A stretch of DNA of 64,000 bases. Origin: the human T2T-CHM13v2.0 reference genome, Homo sapiens. Positions 40,087 to 52,934 of this stretch are shown piece by piece (within the stretch, counting starts at the first letter, position 1; each line of letters begins with the position of its first letter). Location: NCBI RefSeq assembly GCF_009914755.1, contig NC_060941.1. One strand, 5' to 3'. Below the pieces are notes generated by a model. That model saw only the letters and a program-made list of their open reading frames with translations. It had not been told where the DNA came from and searched no databases. A program made the translations under genes and the position numbers.

Positions 40087-40367
40087 TGGTATAAGAAGTC
40101 TACGAGACTGTAAGCACCCAGTGCCTGAGGACTGCCCCTTGTGGCTCCTGGCTCAGCAACTGGCACAAGGCAGGTGAAATGGTCAAACAAGTGAATGAAC
40201 AGGTCCTAGAATGCTGGAGGGGCCTGTGAGATTAGCTAAGCCCCATGTTTCCTAACTGTGTTCCAAGAACCCATGCCGGGAGGGGATGGGGGCAGGGCAG
40301 GAGCTGGGGGTGCTGGAGGGGTTGTGGGGAGAGAAGGTGCCAATCTCTCCTACTGCAATCGGAGAAG
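40087..40367 (+). repeat. Local direct duplication, copy A (partner 41364-41647)
   Basis: ~22 substitutions and 3 indels in ~280 bp (~91%) by hand. Confidence 0.97.
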
Positions 40368-40454
40368 CTTTGTTTTTATCTATTCTATATAGTGGAGTCT
40401 CAAGCAAGATTTGATCGGGTGAAAGAGTTCCACCGCAAATGAACAACCACAGCA

Positions 40455-40633
40455 ATCCGGCCCATCATTTGCTTTTGTAAATAAAGATTTTTTGGAACAC
40501 AGCCACACCCATTCATGTGCAGATTGTCTCTAGCTGGTTTGCTGTGAAGCAGCAGAGGCGAGAAGTTGCCACAGAGATTTCCTGGCTGAAGTATTTATTA
40601 TCTTACTCTACAGAACAAGCTCATTGACCCCTG
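40455..40633. mobile_element. MER58A-like MITE
   Basis: atccggccc..ttttgtaaataaag.ttt.ttggaacacagccacacccattcat..tatttattatct..gacccctg. Confidence 0.75.
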
Positions 40634-41363
40634 ATCTAGTCAAATTCTTCCATTTTATAGGCAAGTAAAGTGAGGCCTAGACACGTGGTCAAGGTCATAA
40701 GTTAAGACAACAGGGAACAGGGAATAAAACTCCAGTCCAGGGAATTCTTGTGCATGGAGAATTGCAACAGCCACCCCCAACCCCACAGCTCGCCTCCAGG
40801 AAACAGCAAACCTGAAGACCTAGTTTCTACCTTTTCCAGAAAAGTCTGCAGAGGGAGAATGTTGGGGTATGGCTCAGTACCTCCTTCTCCCTGCAATTCT
40901 TCAACTTTGGCTCATTGCATCCTCTCTGCTGACCACGGACAGGACAGAGTGCCGTCTTCCATGGCTTTGAGGACAGTACAGAAAAGAAAGTGGAGAGAGA
41001 CAGAGCAATTTGTAAACAATCAGCCAGCCACCTCCCTCTCCCCACCCTCTTCTCTTTTACATGGAAGCATCCCCAGTCTCTTGGGCTTGGAAATTGGATC
41101 TGCCAGGAGCCCCGCGGTAAGCCCAGGTGAGCAGGGCTCAGGCACCATCAATAATGAGCAGAGAACAGGTTTGCTGATGATGGAGAGACCTTCAGAGGAA
41201 CGAAACAACCACAGCAACCAGGAACCCAGGCATGCCCAGAGATACTGATGACCAGACTAAGTGGAGTGGACATGTCATTAACACCAGCCCAGCAAAATAA
41301 TTACATGCAAAGGGAGCCTGTCAGCAAAAAGGAAAAACAGATCAGAGCCTTGCAGTGATCCAG

Positions 41364-41647
41364 TGGTGTAAGAAGTCCGCAAGACTGTAAGCACCCAGTG
41401 CCTGGGGGCTGCCCCTCGTGGCTCCTGGCTCAGCATCTGGCACAAGGCAGGTGAAATGGTCAAACAAGTGAATGAAGAACAGATCTTAGAATGCTGGAGG
41501 GGCCTGTGAGGTTAGCTAAGCCCCATGGTTTTCTAACTCTGTTCCAAGAACCCATGCCTGGAGAGGTTGGGGTAGGGCAGGAGCTGGGGGTGCTGGAGGG
41601 GTTGTGGGGACAGAAGGTGCCAATCTCCCGCACTGCAATCAGAGAAG
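41364..41647 (+). repeat. Local direct duplication, copy B (partner 40087-40367)
   Basis: See copy A; for example ctggcacaaggcaggtgaaatggtcaaacaagtgaatgaa is identical in both. Confidence 0.97.
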
Positions 41648-42654
41648 TGTGCATTTAAGGAGAGGTGTGGATTTCCAAAGTCTGCAGGTGTCTGTGCACA
41701 CAGACCTGGGAAGATCCAAGAGAAACGATAGGATGTGCTGAGGATTCTACCCCAGTGAGCGAGCACATAGCCCCACTTGGGGACAGAGAATGCTTGCTAT
41801 TCATTCTGAAGGGCCATCCTGAGCCTGAAACCCGGACCTCCTCTGAGTTTGTCCTAGACAACGATGCCCTAGCGAGGCCCAATAGTATTAGAGAAAGACT
41901 ATGGGCTTGAGGGTGGACAGGCCTGTGTGGTTTTGGACCAGTCGCTAAACCTCTCTGAGCATCTGTGTTCTCATCTATAGGATGTATTTACCTCAAAGTG
42001 TTGTGCGAGCAAGTAATTGTCTTGGGCATTGGCTGAAAGGAGTGAAAAGCTTCAGCTCAGGTTGAAAGGGGGAATCTCCATCCAGCAATACTCATTATAT
42101 AACCTTTTTTATAACCTGCTCTGAGGGAGCTCATCTTCCCATTGTCCATCCATTGCTGGAGTTTGCTTTCTTCCATTGCCAGTTCAGCTTGCCACCTACA
42201 GGGACATTTTCTGCATCAAAGACGAGACACACCTGGCCCTGTCAGTGTCACGCCCAGAGGAGCAGGAAAGACACCCTTCTGTGTCCCCACTTACTTCCTC
42301 ACCTAGAGTCTGCAGTGGGCCTGGGGGAGGGTCCCTCCCTCTCTCTCATGCTATTGCCCTCTCCCGAAATGCCGTTCCCTCCTTCTCTCTCTGACCAAAA
42401 ACATAAGAACCCAGCATATGTACCACTTGCTCTGGTGAAGCCTTCTCCACGGTCTGCCATCCCAAAAGGTGGACAGGATTCCTCAGCCTCCTCCCACTTG
42501 CTGCAAGCTGGCTGTATGCATTAGAGTGATGGGAGCAAGAATGCAATCTCTGTGAGGGCAAAGACTATTGTCCACTCATCATTATTAGCCCAGCACCCAG
42601 CACAGCCCTAACACATGACCAATACCCAGTAAATATTTGTGGCATGCATGTATG

Positions 42655-42950
42655 CATGGATGGATGAATGTGCAGATGGGCGGATGGAGGGATGTGCAGA
42701 TGGGAACTTAGATGGATGGGTGCATGGATGGATGAGTAGATGGGAAGTTGGATGGGTAGGTGGATGGGTGGATGAATGGATGGATGGATGGATAGATGGA
42801 TGGATGGAAGGAAGGAAGGAAGGATGGATGGATGGATGGATGGATGGATGGATGGATGGATGGATATGCAAATGGGAAGTTAGATGATGGATGGATAAAT
42901 GGATGGATAGATGGGTGGGTGGGTGGATACATGAGTGGCTGGATGGGTGG
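42655..42950 (+). repeat. (TGGA)n degenerate tetranucleotide tract at an L2 tail
   Basis: Read directly; preceded by L2-like gcaatctctgtgagggcaaagact..agcacccagcacag..taaatatttgt. Confidence 0.9.
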
Positions 42951-43387
42951 GTGACAGCACCCACTTGAGACAGCTAATTCCTGGCTTTGGCAGCTTAGTG
43001 TCAGCAAATGGGAACAGATAATTCCAGCCCAAGGAGGCCCTGAGAACATGTGGGGACCTCTCCCTCAACAGCATCTCTGTTTCCATGCAGTGTTTCCCAC
43101 TTCAGCCCTGGAGACCATGGAAATTGACTTGACAACAGCCCAGAGGGAGTTTCTGTCTTCAGGCTGCAGCTTTCAGAATCATTCTCCCATCATCAGAGCC
43201 TGCAAATAAAATAGTAACTATGCCTGGCAACCTCAGAGGATCAAAGGCAGCAAGAGAAAAGCACAATCAAATTACCCTGGATGGCAGCAGCTCCAGGAAG
43301 AAACATGTCTCGAGAAACTGAAAGCAGAAAGCCTGGAGCAGGGTTCCCCACCCCTTCTCTCCCACCAGTTGCTCAAGATTTAGAGCA

Positions 43388-43797
<410 letters not shown>

Positions 43798-44402
43798 CTA
43801 ACATTTAAAAATCAAGCTTTCACATAAAAATCTCTATGTCTGGCTCCTCTAGAGAAACCGGGTACTCTGCAGTCTCCCTCTTCCATGTGGCAGCAGTCCC
43901 CAGAGTGAGTAGTTGCTGCCCTGCTGCACGAAGGCATTCTCCAGGTGAGCCCAGGCCCACCCACCTGTACCTGCCAGGCCCCTGAACGTGGGTGAATGTG
44001 CCACACTTCTGTTCGTGGAGGATCCTGACTCCCCCAAAGTGCACTTGAATGTCCTTGGTTAGGAGCACTCTTCCTGGTCTTCCACAGGATGGAGCCAACA
44101 TGATTGTCTCTCTTTCGTCCCTCTCATTCATCTTTATTTCCCAGGATCCCCCAGGCCAGTCTGTCATCTCTTGGACTCATCTGTCTAAAGGAAAGAGGCC
44201 AGTGGGGGCAACTGAGGCTCATCTCTGGCCGGTTCTCAGCTTTCAAAATCTGCTGTTGTTGAGTCAAGGGTTATATGGGGCCGAGTTGTGCCTCTCTCAA
44301 GTTTAAGGAACAAAAGGGAAACATGACAAGGGCTTCACCCAGCCACTGCCTACTCCAGAAGGAGTATCAGGATCCCCTGTTGTTCCCCCAACACTTGGGC
44401 TC

Positions 44403-44865
44403 TGTATTAGTCAGGGTTCTCCAGAGAAACAGAACCAATAGGATAGATGGATGAATAGATAGATAGATGATAGATAGATAGATAGATAGATAGAGAGATA
44501 GATTAGATATAGATAGATAGGTAATAGATATAGATAGATAGATAATAGATAGGCAGATAGAGATAGGCAGACAGATAATAGATAAGTAGATGGATGGATG
44601 GATAGATAGATAGATAGATAGATGTAGATAGATAATAGAAAGGCAGATAGACAAGTAGATAGATAGATGGTAGACAGACAGACAGCCATATAGGCAGACA
44701 GACAGGCAGGTAAATGATAGATACATAGATAGATAGACAGATAGATGATAATAGATAGGCAGATAGAGAGATAGACACACAGATAGATGATAGATAGATG
44801 ATAGGCAGATAGACAGACAAGGGGATAGATAGGCAGACAGGCAGGCAGACAGGCAGATGATAGAT

Positions 44866-44913
<48 letters not shown>

Positions 44914-45337
44914 CTTCTTATGGAAATTGGCTCATGCAATTATGGAGGCCAAGAGTTCCATGATCTGCCATCTGCAAGCCCCAGAACCAGGAAAGCCAGT
45001 GGTGTGACTTAGTCCAGGTCCAAAGGCCCAAGAACCAATGGTGGCACTGGTGTAAGTCCTGGAGTCCAAAGGCCCAAGAACCAAAAGTGCCGATGTCCAA
45101 GGTCAGGGAAAAAATCGATGTCCCATCTCAGGGACAGAGAGAGAGAGTCCGCCCTTCCATTTCCTTTTTGTTCCATCCGGGCCCGCAGCAGATTGGATGA
45201 TGCCCATCCACACTGGTGGGGGCCGAACTGCTTCCTCCAGCCCACTGACCACCCTCACAGACGCACCCGGAAAGGCATGCTTTCCCTGCTGGGCACTCCT
45301 CAGCCAGGCCAAACTGACACGTAAAATAAACCATCGC
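44403..45337 (-). mobile_element. MLT2 (B/D-like) ERVL solo LTR containing a large GATA microsatellite
   Basis: tgtattagtcagggttctccagagaaacagaaccaatagga..ggaaattggctcatgcaattatggaggc..aactgacacgtaaaataaaccatc. Confidence 0.88.
44440..44912 (+). repeat. Compound (AGAT/AGAC/AGGC)n STR ending in pure (AGAT)11
   Basis: Read directly; pure run at 44867-44910. Confidence 0.96.
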
Positions 45338-47047
45338 CAGCTGCCTTCCCTGCAACTCAAGCTGGAGATCCCCCACCTCTGGGTTCTGTTCTTGGACCGC
45401 TGTTTGCCTGGAGGAGGGAGATAGAGCGAGAAGAGAGAAAATGGCAGGCTCCATACCTGTTTGCACTTGGATAATGCAGTGGGCTGTGTGTGCAGGGAGG
45501 AGTGCCAGCCAGGGCTGTTTGTTCTAGGAATGGTTAATCCCTGTTCAAATTTATATCCTGAATCTTTAATGCAACTATGTCAATGAAGAGTCGGCAGCAT
45601 TGCTCGGCACCGCTGGCTCTGACTTGCAGAGTACTTAACTCAAGCGTGAGGAGTTCCGAAGGTCCTCGAACACATTGGGATCCCACCCTCCTCCCATACA
45701 CACTCACACATCCAGGAACCCTGGAAGGCTGGCCTGGGGGAGAGAGACAGATCAGAGCAATGCAGGGCCGGATTTTGTAAGTGGTGATGCTGACCGGCAT
45801 CTGCCTCCTGTTCACTGTGTAGAGAAATCACACTACGTGGCTCCGTGTAGGGACCTTGCTTGGTTTCAGTTTGCAAGTATTTATTTAAAAAATAAGTTCT
45901 GGTGTTGGCCAGGAGTTGAATAATCTCAAGAAGCCGACTGAGAGCAGTACAGACTGTGTAACCAGCTACACACTAACTGTAGGGGGGTGTGGCAGCCTGA
46001 GCTCTGGGCAGAGGCAGGAGAGCCAGGAGAAGCTAGCAGCCAAGGGCTCCTGGGCAGGACTGTCCCCTCTAACTGGAGAGGAACCTCTACAGGGCCCCGC
46101 AGTATGCACTGGTGAAGGTTCCATGGCCAGGTCTCCAGTGAAACGGCCCTGATTTGGAGCGTGTGCCGATTCCCAGGTGTAAACGGTCCCCTGGGGCTCA
46201 TTTCCAGCTGTCAAGGTGAGGTCACACACCTGTGCAGGACACCTGCAGCACACCACCAAACCAGCAAGCTTTTATGTTACTCTGAAGTTTTATTCTCTTT
46301 TCTGCTGAGCCGCAAGCAGAAGAAATAGAAAACTTGGAAGGAAAAGCAGGGTCCTTCACCAGAGGAACAAGAAGCAAACAGCAAAAACCTTTGCCTGCAA
46401 GTGAAAGGGCCAGAGGGCTGGCCAGAGGCCACCTGCAGGGACAAAACCACCTGGGAGCCCCAGACATCCCCACTCAAGTCCAGGCTGGCCCCAGCCAGGG
46501 GCAGCAGGGCTGGGGGTGCTGACCAAGGTCACAGCTCAGGTGGGAGTGGGTCCATGGCACAGGGAGCCATTCCTAAGGGAAGATCCCAAAGCTGGTGTCT
46601 TCACAGAAGAATGGTGGGAGCTGTTTCCTCATCTGTAAAATGGGGTGATAGCACATCCCCTTCAGAAGGCTGTCGTGAGAATTAAACGAGCAGGTGACTT
46701 GAAGTGCTTGGCAGGATGCCTGGCGCATACTATGAGCTCATGCAACAGGGACCCAGTGGTACAGATGCCAGCGGTGTGTGGTGGGAAGGCCAGCTTGGGA
46801 GTAACTAGAAGTGGACGGGACCTGTCTATACCATGGGCCCGGGGAGGGGAGGCACACACCACAGCTGTGGGCATCTGCTCGGTGGCTGAAGAGTTGATCT
46901 TCAGCAAGGACAGGGAGGAAATCAGGGGATCTTTGCGGAGCTGGGAGCATGGCCTGAGACTTGGAGGACAGGAGGACTGAGACCTGCAAACCCACAGCAG
47001 CGGATGGGAAGGGATCTCCAGAAAAACAAAACGCGGAGATGGGCGTG

Positions 47048-47125
47048 CTGGACTCTTTCTCACTCACTGCTTCTCCATAGGGTGCACTGGACTCTTTCTC
47101 ACCCACTGCTTCTCCGTAGGGTGCT
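47048..47125 (+). repeat. 39-bp tandem duplication
   Basis: ctggactctttctcac(t/c)cactgcttctcc(a/g)tagggtgc x2. Confidence 0.93.
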
Positions 47126-50100
47126 CTGAGGCAGTGATAGCTGCGGTTCATGAAGTCTTGACCACTTACTGGGCCAGTGTTTCCCAGACGCATTCCCTGG
47201 AAGACAGCAGCCGTTAGGTCAATAGGTGTCACCAAAACAGGTTCCACGACTAACGCCAGCCTGCCTCCTGCCACAGCTTCCCTGAGAGCGTCCCCAGCCC
47301 TTCTGAGCCTCAGCCGAGTGACCAGGGCTGCCGAATTAACGGGTGCTAGTGAACAAATGCCCTTCTCAGATCTCACGCTTACATTTTAAGCTGGGTCTCA
47401 GTGGGCTTGCCCAAAGGAATAAAGAATTGGCAATTTTGGGCAGGCTGAATCTCTGTGGCAGGGACCTATTAAGGTGGAGTCTTTCCAGTCTCTTCAAATT
47501 ATAACACCCTAGTAAGAGGTCATGTCGCCCATGCAGGAAACGTGTGCCCTCTCTCTCTCTCCCTCCCCTGTCTTCCTCTCTTCCTCTTTCACACTCCCTC
47601 TCTTTCTCTCTCTCCCGTCTTCTCTCTCATCCTTACCTCCCTCCCTCTGTCCCTTCTCCTCCTCTCCTTTCCTTTCCCCATGTTCTGGAACTGAGGAATC
47701 CCTAGAGCCAAGCAGTCCCTGACTGACAGCTGACTTGGTGATGCAGGTGGAGACTGCAGCAGGGGGGGCTGGATGCGGTGCTGGGGGCAATGGGCCTGCT
47801 GGGTGCGTTGGGCGGGATGATGCCCAGGTTGGCAGGATCACCGTGAACCTGGATGAGTGGATCCCTGGGCGCCCACTTCTCCGAGGGAGGGCTGGACGCC
47901 TCCTCCTGTCTGAGGTCAGGGCAGCAGTCTTCCCAGCCCCAGGATTCTCAAGCCCATGGTGGCCTCTCCTGGTCTGATTCTCACCTCGCCTACTCACTGT
48001 GGGCCCCAGGCAGAGGCCCAGGGAGAATTTCTTCTCACCTCTGACGCAGACCCCGAAGGACTGAGGACAGCACCCCCACTGCGTCATCTGATGACGCAGG
48101 GAGGGAGGGCTTCCCCCAGCCCACCCCCGGCTGCAGCCGACCCTCTAGAGCCTGCCCCAGCCTGCCAGGCTCCATCCCCTGAGACCAGCCTTCAGCAAGC
48201 GTGGGACGGCTCAGCCCAGGCACCTCGTCAGCATGACTCAGTGCTAAATGATCAGATGAAATGGGCCTTCCCAAGGCCCAGCTGGAGGTGATGAGCTTCA
48301 GCAAGGAATTTGTTTTACCTCAAACTGGGATGTTTAACCCCAGGACAGGAAAAAAAAAAAAAGAAAGAAATCCCTGCTCACTGCCTTCCCTGGTGATTTC
48401 CCTGTGTGTGTGGAGGGGCTGAGTTGCTGGGCTGTTTGCAGGGACAGTTGGATGGAGCTAGATTCCGTGGCGGGAAATGGTATCTCTTGTAGCCACTTAA
48501 GACAGGGTGAGCCCTGAGCAAGGCAGAGGCTGGGGTCTTCCCCTGTGTGGAGGCTCCCGGCATCTGACGCCTCTGATGTCAGGAAGGGAGCCCGGCCCAC
48601 CACAGCGGGACCCAAACCTCCATCACGTGCCCTGTGGAGGCACTGAGTGCAAGTCGGTTCTGGCTGGGACGAGTGAAGGTGGAATGATGCCCTGGTGAGA
48701 TGCGAGCTGAGCCCCGGCTGCACCCCTTAGCAGCTGTATGACTGACAGAAGGTTCCCCGATCTCCCCAGCCTGGGGTTCCTCATTGCAAAACAGGGTCCC
48801 AGACTCCCAGGTCTGTTGCGAGGGCTTCTCTCGGCACAGAGCCTGGCACATGCCGGGTACTTGTAGGGGGCCTCAAATGGAGTCAAGAGATGGAGAAAGA
48901 CGGCTGGACTCCGGGGCAAGCCAAGGTCAAGGGGTCAGGAGTTTCTCCTGAGGCTAAAGGGGACCCTAACAGGGCACAGGGAGATAGAGATGTCTGCTGA
49001 GCTGGGGACAGGACCGGGCACCCTCTCAGGGGCCCTCTCAGGGGCCTGGGGAGACAGACGGCCTCGGCCTTGGGGCTGACAGGGCTGACACGGCAGAACA
49101 CAGCCTGCGCCTCCCTGGACCCACCTCAAGTGCTGGCCCTCATATCTGAGGCTCCTTCTTCTTTGCACGTGGTCTCTCACTCAGGATGCCTGAGGGCTGG
49201 AGCAGGTAACCCCAAGGTGACCCTGGGGTCTGGCGATGTGGGTCCTGGTCCCACCTCTGCCTCTTCCTTGCAGTGAGATCTTGGGCACAAGACAACCCCA
49301 GAATGGAATGGGTCTAGGAGCGAGAATGGGGTGGGACGGGCATCTTCCAGGGGAGCTCCAACCTGGGCAGCCCCACCCAACATGCCCCAATCCCCAGGAT
49401 TCAGGGCCTTCCCTCCCTGCAAACATCATTCTCCTCGCAGGCTCACAGGCTCGTTACAGGCTAATCCCAACCCAGCCTCAGGGCCTCAAGGGCAAAGGGA
49501 GGGCAGACAGGCTCCTGCTCCAGTCCTGGCTCCTGTGTGACCTCAGGCAAGTCACATAACCTCTCTGAGCCTCCAGGTCCTACCTCAAGGAAAGGGAATA
49601 ATGAGCTCTTCCATCCAAGGCTGCTGTGGCAATGAAATGTCACATGTCATGTAGTTTTAAATAAGGTCATGTGTATAAAATGTGCGGGTGCTAGGAGCCA
49701 CCCAGCACATGCTGGTTCCTTTCCTGTCCCTGGACCTAACTCTGATCCCAGACTGCTGAGTTCTTGGAGAACGTTATTCCCTGGGTTGCAAGCCACCTGC
49801 CCATCCCAGGCCTGTCCAAGGTCCCCCAGGGCTTTGTTCTACCAGGCGACTGAAGGCATTCCCCTTCCTGCCCCCATCTGCCTGTTCCCAGGCCCTCCAG
49901 ATGAGGCCGCTGTCTGCCCTCAACCCGCCCACAGCAGCCCGGCCCCTCCTAGCCCGCGTTTGCAGGGCTTGGTCAGCCGCTGTGTCTGAGCCTGCTGGAA
50001 TCTCAGATCCCTCTCCCCTTATCCCATGTGACTCAGTCTCCTTCCACCCATGGAATCTCCTCCTATCTCTCCCTGTGTCTATCCTCACCCCCTGCCTTGT

Positions 50101-50611
50101 GTAGGGTGGGAGACTGGAGTCCTGCCCACTGCTTCAGACCTCTCGTCCTGGAAGGCAGCCCTCTGGCTGGGCCCTGCCACCTGGGGCCACATCGGATTTT
50201 GCTGCATCTCCAGGGACCACCCTGCCCCCCTCACTTCCCTTTTCCTCTTCCCACCAGGATGCCCTGATCCCCCTGCCCAACCCAGAGTCTGGGCTGTCCC
50301 CAGCCAGTCCCAGCTACGGGTTCCCAGTCTCCACTCTCCCCAACCCCTCTCCAGCAAAGGCCAGCTCTGCGCTTCTCCTCGCTAGAGCCTTGCCCTTCAG
50401 GCCCTCTTCTGGCCGAGATTCACCCAGCCTCCACCCCTCACCTGGGTGAATGGCACCTCTGGCCTCACAGTTTGGGTGTCAGATTCTGGAGTCAGGTGCA
50501 CAGATCTCAAAGCCTGCCTCTGGGCCACTGATGTGCTGAGTGATCTTGGGCGGGTCCACCCTCCCTTGCAGACCTTCAGTTTCCAGATCTGATAAAGCAG
50601 CAGTGATTATG

Positions 50612-51397
<786 letters not shown>

Positions 51398-51814
51398 TGA
51401 ACAGGACACCATACATCAAGGGCCTTGCACACAGTGAGTTCAATCCACTGAGGTTGGGCATGATAACCCCCAGGGTGGCAGACACAGCCCCGATACACAA
51501 ATCCTGTTTGGGGCCCTGCCACCTTTTTCCCGAGACACCAGCTGTTGGGCGTCCTCTGCTTCTGACGGGCCCCGTTGCATTCTGGCTTGACAAATGCCAG
51601 CTTTTGCCGAATCTCCCGCTCTGGGACGGGGGACATCACAGTTGAGCAGTTGGAACAGAGAAGAGTGTTTGAAAGGGCATGCGGTATCTGGGCCATGGAG
51701 GAGGAAATGGGGCATTGGTGGGTGGGATGGCAGGGCTGCCAGCATCTGACCCAGGAGGCTGGGAGGAGGCTGCTGTGTGAATACACGCTCGGCCTCTCAC
51801 AGTGGCTGCCGCCG

Positions 51815-51975
51815 CATTAGCCCCTTGTGCTTCAGGGAACAGAGCATCCGTGATGGATGAGACTTTAATTAAAGTAATGAGACATTTATAATCGCGGTTA
51901 TCTCCAAAATTAGGCCTTTTAGCAATTATTCCTGGGGAATATTCCTCCGGTAGATAGCTCCCTTTTTAGAACAAC
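51815..51975. promoter_or_regulatory. Candidate homeodomain-site enhancer
   Basis: CATTAG, palindrome CTTTAATTAAAG, GTAATGA, TTTATAAT, AATTAGG, CAATTA and palindrome GGAATATTCC in a non-repeat AT-rich island. Confidence 0.4.
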
Positions 51976-52248
51976 GTCGGGGGGTGGTCTGTACCTGAGA
52001 GAGATTTTCCCAGCAGGCCCTGGGCTGTGACAGGTCAACGATGAGGTTTCCCTGGAAAACAGGACGTGGCTTCTGCCTCAGGTTTCTCTCCAGAGGAGCA
52101 AAAGTTCGATGACCCTGGGCACCTAGTCAGGTCATAGGATACTTCTAGTGCCCTCAGAGAGGGTGCCTTTGGGCTCAGAACCTGAAGATCTGGGTTCAAG
52201 TCCTGACTTTACAACCTTGCTGTTGCTGAGACTGTTTGCCAAGTGGGA

Positions 52249-52689
52249 TGTGATGGTTGATACTGAGTGTCAGCTTGATTGGACTGAAGGATGCAAAGTA
52301 TTAGTCCTGGGTGTGTCTGGCAGGGTGTTGCCAAAAGAGATTAACATTTGAGTCAGTGGGCTGCAAAAGGCAGACCCACCCTCAATCTGGTGGGCGCCAT
52401 CTCATCAGCTTCCAGCGAATATAAAGCAGGCAGAAAAACGTGAAAAAGCGAGACCGGCCTAGCCTCCCAGTCTACATCTTTCTCCCGTGCTGGATGCTTC
52501 CTGTCCGTGAACATCAGACTCCAAGTTCTTCAGTTTTGAGACTCAGACTGGTTTTCCTTGTTCTTCAAACTTGCAGACAGCCCATTGTGGGACTTTGTGA
52601 TTGTGTCAGTGAATATTTAATAAATTCCCCTTTATATCTATCTATCTATCCTATTGGCTCTGTCCCTCTAGGGAACCCTCACTAATACA
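52249..52689 (+). mobile_element. MLT2A1 (HERV-L) solo LTR
   Basis: tgtgatggtt.atactgagtgtca.cttgattgga.tgaaggatgcaaagtatt..gcgaatataaagcaggcagaaaaacgtgaaaa..ctaataca. TSD (t/c)ggga. Confidence 0.9.
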
Positions 52690-52934
52690 CGGGATGAAAA
52701 GCACACGGGCTGAGAGGCGCCAAAGCCATAAGGTCTGTGAAAGTACTTTGTAAGGTCTCAGGCATCAGGCCCCAATATGTGACCATCATGTGTTCCTAAC
52801 AGCAGATTCCAGAACATTCCTCTTTAAACTCCAGGACAGTCCCTTCCCTAGGGTAGGGCTTTGCCCCCAGAACTACTCATTGTCTGGGTTTCCAACACTG
52901 TTCATGGCCATTGATTAAAAAAAAAAAAACAACC

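Noticed and set aside
44367-44820. Ile/Tyr/Leu/Ser-rich ORFs (and His/Pro/Ser or Trp/Met/Asp ORFs at 42608-43049)
   Set aside because: Translations of (GATA)n and (TGGA)n microsatellites.
45015-45085. Repeated gtccaaaggcccaagaaccaa
   Set aside because: Lies within the MLT2 LTR and is most likely an internal repeat of that element.
46738-48087. 212-aa and 192-aa minus-strand ORFs
   Set aside because: No recognisable protein family; they include a tandem duplication and a purine tract; consistent with chance.
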